From: Burkholderiales bacterium
GTDB lineage: Bacteria; Pseudomonadota; Gammaproteobacteria; Burkholderiales; Eutrophovitaceae
DNA: 64,000 nt
Direction: 5' to 3'
Assembly: GCA_040880425.1 (NCBI GenBank)
Contig: JBBDIL010000018.1
Span: 18,495 to 82,494 of the forward strand
The notes under the pieces were generated by a model. That model was not told where the DNA came from, did no database searches, and saw only the letters and a list, made by a program, of their open reading frames with translations. Shown here in pieces: positions 56,730-64,000 of this stretch; the stretch's first letter is position 1; each line of letters starts with the position of its first letter. A program made the position numbers and the translations under genes.

Positions 56730-58109
56730 ATGGAGCGAGCACCTCTGCAACTGCCCGCCGACCCCGGCTCGAGCGCGCTGTTGACCGATCTTTACCAGCT
56801 CACCATGCTGGCCGCGTATCGCGCGCGCCAGATGGAAGACACTGCGGTATTCGAGTTTTTCGTGCGCAAGCTGCCGGACGACCGGAATTTTCTGGTGGCC
56901 GGCGGACTGGAGCAGGTACTCGATTTTCTGGAAGGTCTGCGTTTCACCCGTGAAGAGATCGGCTGGCTCGAGCAGACGGGGCGCTTTCAGCCGGAGTTTC
57001 TGCAATGGCTCGCACGGCTTCGATTCGAAGGCGACGTGCACGCGGTGCCCGAAGGCACAATCGTTTTTCCGAACGAACCGTTGATCCGGGTGACGGCACC
57101 TTTGCCGCAGGCACAGCTGGTCGAGACTCGGATCGTAAGCCTGCTTCAGTTCCAGACTTTGATCGCAACCAAGGCGGCCCGTTCGGTATTGGCCGGGCGC
57201 GGCAAGCTGCTGGTCGATTTCGGATTGCGGCGTGCGCATGGGGCCGAAGCCGGGCTGCTCGCCGCGCGTGCGGCCTATCTGGCGGGCTATGACGGTAGTG
57301 CCACGGTACTCGCCGGCATGCGCTACGGCATTCCGCTCTACGGGACCATGGCGCATTCGTACATCCAGGCGCACGAATCCGAAACGCAGGCGTTCGAGGA
57401 TTTTCTGCGTGTCTATCCAGAGAACACCACACTGCTGATCGACACTTACGATACTGAGGCGGGCGCCGAGAAAGTCTCAGCACTCGCCGGCCGCCTGCGC
57501 GCCGATGGCATCAAGATCGGTGCCGTGCGGCTGGACAGCGGCGATCTCGGCGAACACGCGCGCAAGGTGCGGGCCATACTCGATGCGAACGGCTGCAGCG
57601 ACATCCGGATCTTCGCCAGCGGCGGTCTCGACGAGAGGAAGGTCGAACAGCTGCTGTCGGATGGCGCGCCGATCGATGGTTTTGGCATCGGCACCAGTCT
57701 CGCGACTTCGGAGGACGCGCCTGCGTTCGACTGCGCGTACAAACTGGAGGAATACGCCGGCAAGCCGCGGCGCAAGCGGTCGGAGGGCAAGCAGACCTGG
57801 CCTGGCCGCAAGCAGGTGTTCCGGCGCTTCGATGCCGACGGGGCCCCGCAGTCCGACACGCTCGCACTGGAGCATGAGTCATGCGAAGGCGAGCCGCTGC
57901 TGGTGCCGGTAATGCACAAGGGCCGGCGGCTCGCGCCGCAGCCCACGCTTGCCGAGTCGCGGGAGCGCTGCCGCGCTGCATTCGACAAATTGCCCGCGGC
58001 ACTGAAGTCGCTGGATCGCGCGGCGGAACCCTATCCGGTTGAAGTCAGCGAAGGTGTTCGCCGCCTCGCCGAGGAAGCCGACCGTCTGACGCAACTTGAA
58101 GCCGGTTAG
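56730..58109 (+). CDS. pncB: Nicotinate phosphoribosyltransferase
   Basis: 'LLTDLYQLTMLAAY', 'DFGLRRAHG', 'GTMAHSYIQA', 'LIDTYDT'. Confidence 0.9.
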   Translation: MERAPLQLPADPGSSALLTDLYQLTMLAAYRARQMEDTAVFEFFVRKLPDDRNFLVAGGLEQVLDFLEGLRFTREEIGWLEQTGRFQPEFLQWLARLRFEGDVHAVPEGTIVFPNEPLIRVTAPLPQAQLVETRIVSLLQFQTLIATKAARSVLAGRGKLLVDFGLRRAHGAEAGLLAARAAYLAGYDGSATVLAGMRYGIPLYGTMAHSYIQAHESETQAFEDFLRVYPENTTLLIDTYDTEAGAEKVSALAGRLRADGIKIGAVRLDSGDLGEHARKVRAILDANGCSDIRIFASGGLDERKVEQLLSDGAPIDGFGIGTSLATSEDAPAFDCAYKLEEYAGKPRRKRSEGKQTWPGRKQVFRRFDADGAPQSDTLALEHESCEGEPLLVPVMHKGRRLAPQPTLAESRERCRAAFDKLPAALKSLDRAAEPYPVEVSEGVRRLAEEADRLTQLEAG

Positions 58110-58148
58110 ACGTCGGTTTGCGGGTGTTCGGTAGCACCGGCGACTTTA

Positions 58149-58310
58149 GAAGCGAAACACGAAGACACGAAGACACGAAGGAAATCAAGGCGAGAAACAG
58201 ACTATCCTTTTTTCTTGCGCTCCTCTGGCATTTTGCGTTGAGCTTGTCTTTATGTTTTTTTGCTTCGTGCCTTCGTGCCTTCGTGCCTTCGTGCCTTCGT
58301 GTTTCGCTCT
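58149..58310. repeat. CACGAAG-octamer hairpin element
   Basis: GAAGCGAAACACGAAGACACGAAGACACGAAGG (58149-58181), a spacer of about 80 nt, then GCTTCGTG(CCTTCGTG)x4TTTCGCTCT (58262-58310). Confidence 0.85.
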
Positions 58311-58333
58311 TGCGGCGATCTGCGCAGTGTCGC

Positions 58334-60196
58334 TCAACGGCGCTCGGCGGTCCGTTCGCGCAGCAGGCGCGCGGCGAACAGCTGGCTGACCACCACGATC
58401 GCGATCAGGCTGCCGCCGATCGCATCGGTGGTAATGCCCGGGCGGATGAGGACGAGCGCGGCGCCGACCAGCAGCGCACGCTGCCAGAGGAAGGCCGGGC
58501 CGACGAAGTAGCCCGACAGGCCACCGGCGAGACAGGTTACGCCGATGAATGCCGTCGTCGCGGTGAGCACGATCTGCAACGGCGTGCCGAACATCAGCAG
58601 CGATGGGCCGAACACGAACATGAACGGGATGACGTAGCCGGTCGCGCCGAGCCGAAGTGCCGCCGCGCTGGATTCCCACAGACCCGCACGCGAGATGCCG
58701 TTCGCGGCATACACCGCAAGCGCGACCGGTGGCGTGATGGCGGAGAGAATCGCGAAGTACAGCACGAACAGGTGCGCGGCCTCGACCTGCACGCCGAGTT
58801 TCACCAGTGCCGGCACCAGCAGCGCGGTCTGCATGATGTAGGCGGGCGCGGTGGGCATGCCCATGCCGAGCACGATTCCGGCGACGGAGGTCAGCAGCAG
58901 CGCAATCAGCATGTGGTTAGCGGCGGCATCCAGAACCAGGTCGGTGAATTCCAGGCCGAGCCCGGTCAGGTAGATGACGCCGATGACGATGCCTGCGCAG
59001 GCGCAGGACAGCGCCACCGCCACGGTATTGCGCGCACCGTGCTCGAGCGCCTCGAGTATATTGTCGAGCCGAACGTACTGGCGGGTAGTCTTACGCAGCA
59101 GGGCGGTCGGGATGGTGGATATGATTCCGCACAGCGCCGCAAATGGCGCGCTGTAACCCGCGAGCAGCGTGCCGATGATAATCACAAGCGGCAGGAAGAG
59201 GTGCCCGCGTTCCTTCAAAACCGTTGCCATGCGCGGCAGTTCCGATCGCGGCAGCCCTTTCATGCCCAGGCGCTTGGCCTCGAAGTGCACGGTCATGAAC
59301 AGCGCCACGTAGTAGAGCAGCGCGGGCAGCAGCGCGAACACCGTGACCGACAGATAGCTGATACCGAGGAACTCGGCCATGATGAACGCCGCTGCGCCCA
59401 TGATCGGCGGCATGATCTGCCCGCCGGTCGAAGCCACCGCTTCGACTGCGCCGGCGAAAGCAGGCTTGTAACCGATGCGCTTCATCAGCGGTATGGTGAA
59501 GGTGCCGGTGGTCATCACGTTCGCTACCGCACTGCCCGAAACCGTTCCGAACATGCCGCTGGTGAGACACGAGACCTTGGCGGGGCCGCCTGCGGTCTGC
59601 CCCGTCAGGCTCATCGCGAAATCCATGAACAGCTGTCCGGTCCCGGTGCGTTCGACCAGCGCGCCGAACACGATGAACAACATCACGTAGGTCGCCGAGA
59701 CATAGATCGGAATGCCGAGGATGCCGTCGGTCGTGAGATACATCTGCTCCATGAGCTGGCGCAGATCGGAACCGCCCGGATAGATCGCGTACACGAAGAA
59801 CGCGAGCGCGGTCAGCGGCAGGGTCAGGCCGACGGCCCGCCGCGTGGCTTCCAGCACGAGCGCGATCATTGCCGTGGACAGCACCCAGTCCGCCGGTCTG
59901 AGCGCGTCCACGTAGATCATGCGGTTCATGATGTATTCGCGCTCGATGACCAGATAGCCGCAGGCGACCAGGGATACCACGATCAGTGCCGCTTCCAGCC
60001 AGCGCGGACGCTCGATCGCACCGCCCTTGCGCGCGGGGAACAGCAGGAACGCGAGCACGAGCGCGAAGGCGAGGTGGGCGCTGCGGAAGGTCAGCGCGTC
60101 GGGTGGACCGAACCAGCCGACGTATAGATGGAAGCCCGACATCGCCAGGCCCACCGCGAAGATGATCCACCCGGCTGGAGTTCTGTTTCCGAACAT
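58334..60196 (-). CDS. TRAP transporter fused permease subunit (TAXI-type DctQM fusion)
   Basis: 620 aa and highly hydrophobic. It lies immediately downstream of a TAXI solute-binding gene. Confidence 0.9.
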   Translation of the reverse strand: MFGNRTPAGWIIFAVGLAMSGFHLYVGWFGPPDALTFRSAHLAFALVLAFLLFPARKGGAIERPRWLEAALIVVSLVACGYLVIEREYIMNRMIYVDALRPADWVLSTAMIALVLEATRRAVGLTLPLTALAFFVYAIYPGGSDLRQLMEQMYLTTDGILGIPIYVSATYVMLFIVFGALVERTGTGQLFMDFAMSLTGQTAGGPAKVSCLTSGMFGTVSGSAVANVMTTGTFTIPLMKRIGYKPAFAGAVEAVASTGGQIMPPIMGAAAFIMAEFLGISYLSVTVFALLPALLYYVALFMTVHFEAKRLGMKGLPRSELPRMATVLKERGHLFLPLVIIIGTLLAGYSAPFAALCGIISTIPTALLRKTTRQYVRLDNILEALEHGARNTVAVALSCACAGIVIGVIYLTGLGLEFTDLVLDAAANHMLIALLLTSVAGIVLGMGMPTAPAYIMQTALLVPALVKLGVQVEAAHLFVLYFAILSAITPPVALAVYAANGISRAGLWESSAAALRLGATGYVIPFMFVFGPSLLMFGTPLQIVLTATTAFIGVTCLAGGLSGYFVGPAFLWQRALLVGAALVLIRPGITTDAIGGSLIAIVVVSQLFAARLLRERTAERR

Positions 60197-60269
60197 TGCG
60201 CTGGATGAGGTTGTGGTTTCGAGTGGTGCCGGGTCGTCCTGTCGCCGGGGGCCGGGTTCTGCGGGTGAT

Positions 60270-61220
60270 CTAAAGAACGCCTCTTTCGCGGTACCAGTTC
60301 AGCGCGCCGCCATGCATCGGCACGCCGATGTCGATGCTCATGCTCTGTGCCGTGGTGTGTTTCACGGCCCGGGCGATCGAAGCGAGGTCGTCCAGCCGGT
60401 TGTACATGCTGTCGAGTATGCCGTAGACGAGTTCATCGGAGAGATCGCAGCGCGCGATGACGTGGGTCGCGTAGCCGATGGTCTGCACGTCTTGTTCCTG
60501 TTCGGGATAAGTTCCGGCCGGAATGACGGTCGGCGCGTAACCAGCGTTGATTCCCCGCATCCTGGCGATGCCGTCGTCCGGAATATGCAGCAGGCTGATG
60601 GTGCGCGCGCTCGCGAGGTCCATGACTGCGCCGGCCGGTATCGAGGTGCCGAGCGTGAAGACGTCGGCGTTGCCGTCTTTCATGAGCGTGACCGAATCGG
60701 TATAGGAGCCGTAGTTGACGCGCGCCAGATCGTCGTAGCTCATGCCGTACGCGCGCAGCAGGTGCACGGTGATCGCTTCCCCGGTGTTGCCCCGCACCTG
60801 CGTCGACAGCACCTTGCCGCGCAGGTCGTCCGGATTGCGGATACCGGCATCGGCGAGCGTCACTGCCTGGAAGTACTGCGGATACAGCGTGGCAACATTG
60901 CAGACCTGCGTCGCCTTGAAGTCGAACGGCGGCTCGCCGTTGATCGCATCGACGGTCGACACGGAATTGGCGAAACCGATCTGCGCCTGGCCTTTCTCCA
61001 CGGCGAGCACGTTGGCGATGCCGCCGCCTGGCAATACCTGCACCGAGATGCCTTCGAGGCTGCCCTCGAGGATGCTTTTCATGGCGCCGCCCAGCGGATA
61101 CCAGGTGCCGCCCTGCGGTCCGGTTACAAACCTGAGGCGGTCGGCAGGCGGCGTACATGCCGCCAGCACGATCGCCGTCAGCAGCGCGGACACGATCATG
61201 GCCGGCGTTCTGCGTTGCAT
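60270..61220 (-). CDS. TAXI-family TRAP transporter solute-binding subunit (lipoprotein)
   Basis: GGAG RBS before ATG 61220 and lipobox 'VLAAC'. 'GPQGGTWYPLGGAM...GGIANV...' is the TAXI signature. Confidence 0.9.
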   Translation of the reverse strand: MQRRTPAMIVSALLTAIVLAACTPPADRLRFVTGPQGGTWYPLGGAMKSILEGSLEGISVQVLPGGGIANVLAVEKGQAQIGFANSVSTVDAINGEPPFDFKATQVCNVATLYPQYFQAVTLADAGIRNPDDLRGKVLSTQVRGNTGEAITVHLLRAYGMSYDDLARVNYGSYTDSVTLMKDGNADVFTLGTSIPAGAVMDLASARTISLLHIPDDGIARMRGINAGYAPTVIPAGTYPEQEQDVQTIGYATHVIARCDLSDELVYGILDSMYNRLDDLASIARAVKHTTAQSMSIDIGVPMHGGALNWYRERGVL

Positions 61221-61304
61221 CGGATTCTCCACCCGTTGTGTTTTCTGTTTCTGCGCGCACGCTGCGAGGCATGCGTCGGCAACACTATATCTGTAAAGGC
61301 GGCA

Positions 61305-62228
61305 TCAGGTCGGAGCGACCCGGTAGCCGGCCCGCGGGAAGTGCACGCACACGGTGCCGACACGCGGATCGTCATGCAGGATCGCAATGGTATCGCGGTC
61401 TGCAAGGCGCACCTTGCCCTCCACCACCGGATCGCCACCCGCGGCATCGGGAATGACGATCACACTGTCCCCGGGTTTCAAGCCCTGGGGGTCGCGTGGA
61501 TCGGCCAGCTCCGGAGTCGTGGTCTGGGCGGCGTGCGCGATGTCAAGCGCTTCGCCCGCGGTCAGACTGGATGGCTTGCCGTGGCCGATGGCCTTCACGC
61601 GCGCTTCCCAGGCTTCCAGAGACGGAAACTCGGAAAAAAGCGCCACCCCGCCCTGCCAGCGGCCGCGCACGAACCAGACGAGATAGTACGCGAGCGCGTC
61701 GGGCAATCCCGGCTGATCGCCGAGCATGAATCTGCGGCCGGTCGCCAGCCGTTCCTCGAACCATCCGAACTGGGCGCGCAGCTGCGCGGTGACATGCGGC
61801 AGGTCGGCGCGGACCTTCTTCAGGTCCCAGTCGGGGCCGAGATACAGCCGCCCGCGATCGCGTGCAAAGTCCTCCGGCAACTGGTCCGCATTAGCGCCGA
61901 GGATCAGCCGGACGGCAAGATCGAACAGCGCATCGGTCCAGCGATTGATCCCCCAGGGCATTCCGTCCGCGCCGCCGGGATAGAACGTCGGCTCGGGAAA
62001 ACGCCGCTGCAACTCGCGCAGGATGCACTGGCTGTCGCAATAGATGTCGGCGCCGATCTGCATGACGGGCGTGCGCCGGTAGCCGCCGGTGAGCGGCATG
62101 AGGTCCGGCTTCGGCGGGATACGCGGAATCTCCACCGAGCGCCATGCAAGGTTCTTGATGCCGAGTCCGACGCGGACCTTCTCCGAAACCGGCGACTGCG
62201 GATAGTTATGCAGGATGATCTCGTCCAA
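61305..62228 (-). CDS. Glutathione S-transferase-like protein with C-terminal extension
   Basis: TTG start after GGAGAA. 'ILHNYPQSPVSEKVRVGLGIK' shows the GST N-terminal fold. An extra domain of about 90 aa follows at the C-terminus. Confidence 0.75.
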   Translation of the reverse strand: MDEIILHNYPQSPVSEKVRVGLGIKNLAWRSVEIPRIPPKPDLMPLTGGYRRTPVMQIGADIYCDSQCILRELQRRFPEPTFYPGGADGMPWGINRWTDALFDLAVRLILGANADQLPEDFARDRGRLYLGPDWDLKKVRADLPHVTAQLRAQFGWFEERLATGRRFMLGDQPGLPDALAYYLVWFVRGRWQGGVALFSEFPSLEAWEARVKAIGHGKPSSLTAGEALDIAHAAQTTTPELADPRDPQGLKPGDSVIVIPDAAGGDPVVEGKVRLADRDTIAILHDDPRVGTVCVHFPRAGYRVAPT

Positions 62229-62289
62229 TCTGTTCTCCGGTTGGCGCAGGTTCTCACATGGTCACGTAAGGACCATCAGTAGATAAAAA

Positions 62290-62460
62290 CAGCTCAAAGC
62301 GAACTACCAAGAGCATCAGGAACACCAAGTGGATCAAGTGCAAAGAACTGGAACATGAACGCCAAACGGGCAGCTTTGCGAATATCGCGTCGCTGGTTCT
62401 TCGTGTCTTCATGTTGCAGTCGTGTCGTTCTGTATTTTCCTGGTGTTCATGGCGGTTCGA
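62290..62460. repeat. Degenerate ACCAAG/CTTCGTG-type element in a lower-GC gap
   Basis: CTACCAAGAGCATCAGGAACACCAAGTGGATCAAGTG on the left and GGTTCTTCGTGTCTTCATG...CCTGGTGTTCATGG on the right. The symmetry is only loose. Confidence 0.4.
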
Positions 62461-62486
62461 GCCCTTTCCCTTGCGGAATCAGCGAT

Positions 62487-63251
62487 TCAACCGGCGATGG
62501 TAACGCCGCCGTCGGCGACGATGGTCTGTCCGGTTACGAAGGCGCCGGCTTTCGATGCGAGAAACACGGCGATGCCGCCGATGTCGTCGGGCTCACCCAG
62601 CCGCCGCAATGGCGTCTGCATCTCGTAGCGGCGCCGGATCTCGGGGTTTTCCCACAGCGCACGGGCGAAATCGGTCTTCACCAGTCCGGGCGCGATGCAG
62701 TTCACACGGATGTTGTGCTCGCCCCATTCGACCGCGAGATTGCGCGCAAGCTGCATGTCCGCAGCTTTGGAAATCGCATAGGCGCCGAGTGCCGCGGTGC
62801 CCTTGAGGCCGCCGATCGACGATACGATGATCACGGCACCGTCGCGGCGCTGCGCCATCTCCGGCAACACGAGATTCGCCAGCCAGTGGTTGGCGACGAT
62901 GTTGTTCTGCAGGATCTTGTTGAAAGCCTCATCCGGCATCTGCGCCATCGGGCCGTAATAGGGGTTGGACGCCGCATTGCATACCAGCACGTCGATCCGA
63001 CCCCACTGCTTGCGCGACGCGTTTACCAGTTCCTCGAGCTGCGCCTTGTCGCCGATGTTCGCGGCGATCGCGATCGCCTCGCCGCCGTCTTTGCGGATCG
63101 CCTGCGCCACTTCCTCGCAGGCAGGCAGTTTCCGGCTCGAGATCACCACTTTCGCCCCCGCCCGCGCCAAGTGCTCCGCGATCGAGCGGCCGATGCCGCG
63201 GCTCGATCCGGTGACGATCGCTACTTTTCCTTTCAGTGCAAAGGCTTCCAT
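62487..63251 (-). CDS. SDR family oxidoreductase (3-oxoacyl-ACP reductase-like)
   Basis: 'VAIVTGSSRGIG', 'NAA', 'YAISKAA', 'TGQTIVADGG'. Confidence 0.9.
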   Translation of the reverse strand: MEAFALKGKVAIVTGSSRGIGRSIAEHLARAGAKVVISSRKLPACEEVAQAIRKDGGEAIAIAANIGDKAQLEELVNASRKQWGRIDVLVCNAASNPYYGPMAQMPDEAFNKILQNNIVANHWLANLVLPEMAQRRDGAVIIVSSIGGLKGTAALGAYAISKAADMQLARNLAVEWGEHNIRVNCIAPGLVKTDFARALWENPEIRRRYEMQTPLRRLGEPDDIGGIAVFLASKAGAFVTGQTIVADGGVTIAG

Positions 63252-63365
63252 GACGCTCCCCGCTGGTGGATGCGAACCCGGCGGGAATGATCACACAGAA
63301 CGCGACCAGGCGGGTTGGCGGGCGCGTCCCGGGATCCGGACTCCGCCTCGCGGTTGAACGCGGTT

Positions 63366-63683
63366 TTATCGCCAGGTCACGTCGCAGTTTCGCTGAGCCG
63401 CGCGGGTGAGCAGGTCGATCAGCGGATGTGCGCGCCGTTTAAGGGAAACCGGAGCCTCGCCCTTGTCGGCTTCTTCCGCATCCGCGTTCTTGTGTTCCTG
63501 GGCGTCGCGTCCATCCGAAGGCCCTTCGAGTGCCGAGTCGAGTCGCGCCAGGGCCGCCGGGATATCCTCCGCGAGAATCGCGCTGGGCACGGTTCCGCTG
63601 TGCCCCATCAACTTAAGGAGTTTGACGGCGACATCGCCGAACATGCTGATACTGCCAACATCGCTATCGAAATAGACGAGCAT
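63366..63683 (-). CDS. DUF1840 domain protein
   Basis: The N-terminus 'MLVYFDSDVGSISMFGDVAVKLLKLMGHSGTVPSAI' matches the DUF1840 pattern as I recall it. Confidence 0.65.
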   Translation of the reverse strand: MLVYFDSDVGSISMFGDVAVKLLKLMGHSGTVPSAILAEDIPAALARLDSALEGPSDGRDAQEHKNADAEEADKGEAPVSLKRRAHPLIDLLTRAAQRNCDVTWR

Positions 63684-63759
63684 GGGCGCAAGTATGAAGG
63701 ATGAAGCGTGAAGGTGGAAGTACGCGCGGGCCGACGCTGGAAGGAGCAGGGTACGGCGC

Positions 63760-64000
63760 CTACCGGCTCACGCGGTTCCTGCCTTTGTCCTTGGCGCGGT
63801 AGAGCGCCGCGTCAGCGGCACGAATGACGTCGGCTGGCAGCGGGTGGGCCTCGTTGCGTTCGGCAACACCGATGCTTACCGTGACGGAAAGTTCCTGGTA
63901 GCGTCGTTGGGTCTGCAGGGATCCGCCGTCGTTTGTCGATGTTTTCTTCTTGCCGGCGGCAACGCGGCGGTCGCTGCCATTGCGCGCCTCCTTTCGACGC
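63760..64000 (-). CDS. GGDEF-domain diguanylate cyclase, C-terminal end (5' part outside window)
   Basis: The minus-strand translation ends '...LSVTVSIGVAERNEAHPLPADVIRAADAALYRAKDKGRNRVSR*', with stop TAG at 63760-63762. It is not in the ORF track because the start lies outside the window. Confidence 0.8.
   Translation of the reverse strand, partial: RRKEARNGSDRRVAAGKKKTSTNDGGSLQTQRRYQELSVTVSIGVAERNEAHPLPADVIRAADAALYRAKDKGRNRVSR

Noticed and set aside
58118-62282. 669-aa and 751-aa plus-strand ORFs across the TRAP permease, TAXI and GST-like genes
   Set aside because: These are antisense shadow ORFs that span several real minus-strand genes and intergenic gaps. Their composition is Arg/His/Asp/Gly-rich.

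Overview
High-GC (about 64%) proteobacterial chromosomal segment. Gene content suggests a beta- or gammaproteobacterium, but the taxon cannot be fixed from the sequence alone. I call 59 protein-coding genes, two of them cut by the window edges. Most are housekeeping or metabolic: recQ, gshA, pncA-pncB, a 1608-aa NAD-glutamate dehydrogenase, the YlqF GTPase, a TAXI-TRAP transporter, a K+ channel, GSTs and SDRs. I saw no rRNA, tRNA, CRISPR array, integrase, transposase, prophage gene or transcription factor. Many long ORFs in the six-frame track are antisense shadow ORFs typical of high-GC DNA. Several others are true genes with artificial N-terminal extensions read through intergenic repeats. 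The strongest unexplained signal is non-coding. Almost every larger intergenic gap holds modular palindromic repeats of several families: (1) 8-nt-period tandem units (GGACTGAG, CTTCGTGC, CTTTGTGC, CACCAAG) forming inverted arms; (2) a GTCATTGCGAG-variable stem-CAATCTC hairpin module; (3) a REP-like GACACCCCTTCGGGTGCATATGAGG hairpin; (4) a GGTGCCCGGCACC element; (5) a 90-bp two-hairpin element present twice at 88/90 identity. Protein-level candidates worth follow-up are: a 1512-aa SF1 helicase fused to a DUF559/Vsr-like nuclease; a NERD-helicase next to an HNH nuclease and a methyltransferase; a translationally coupled methyltransferase / double-hotdog dehydratase / MFS exporter operon; tandem FGE-domain paralogs coupled to a membrane-anchored TAXI-like protein; and a 749-aa secreted protein with two CXXCH motifs. 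All functional calls rest on motif recognition by eye and need HMM or BLAST confirmation. None of the candidates is demonstrated to be a novel system.
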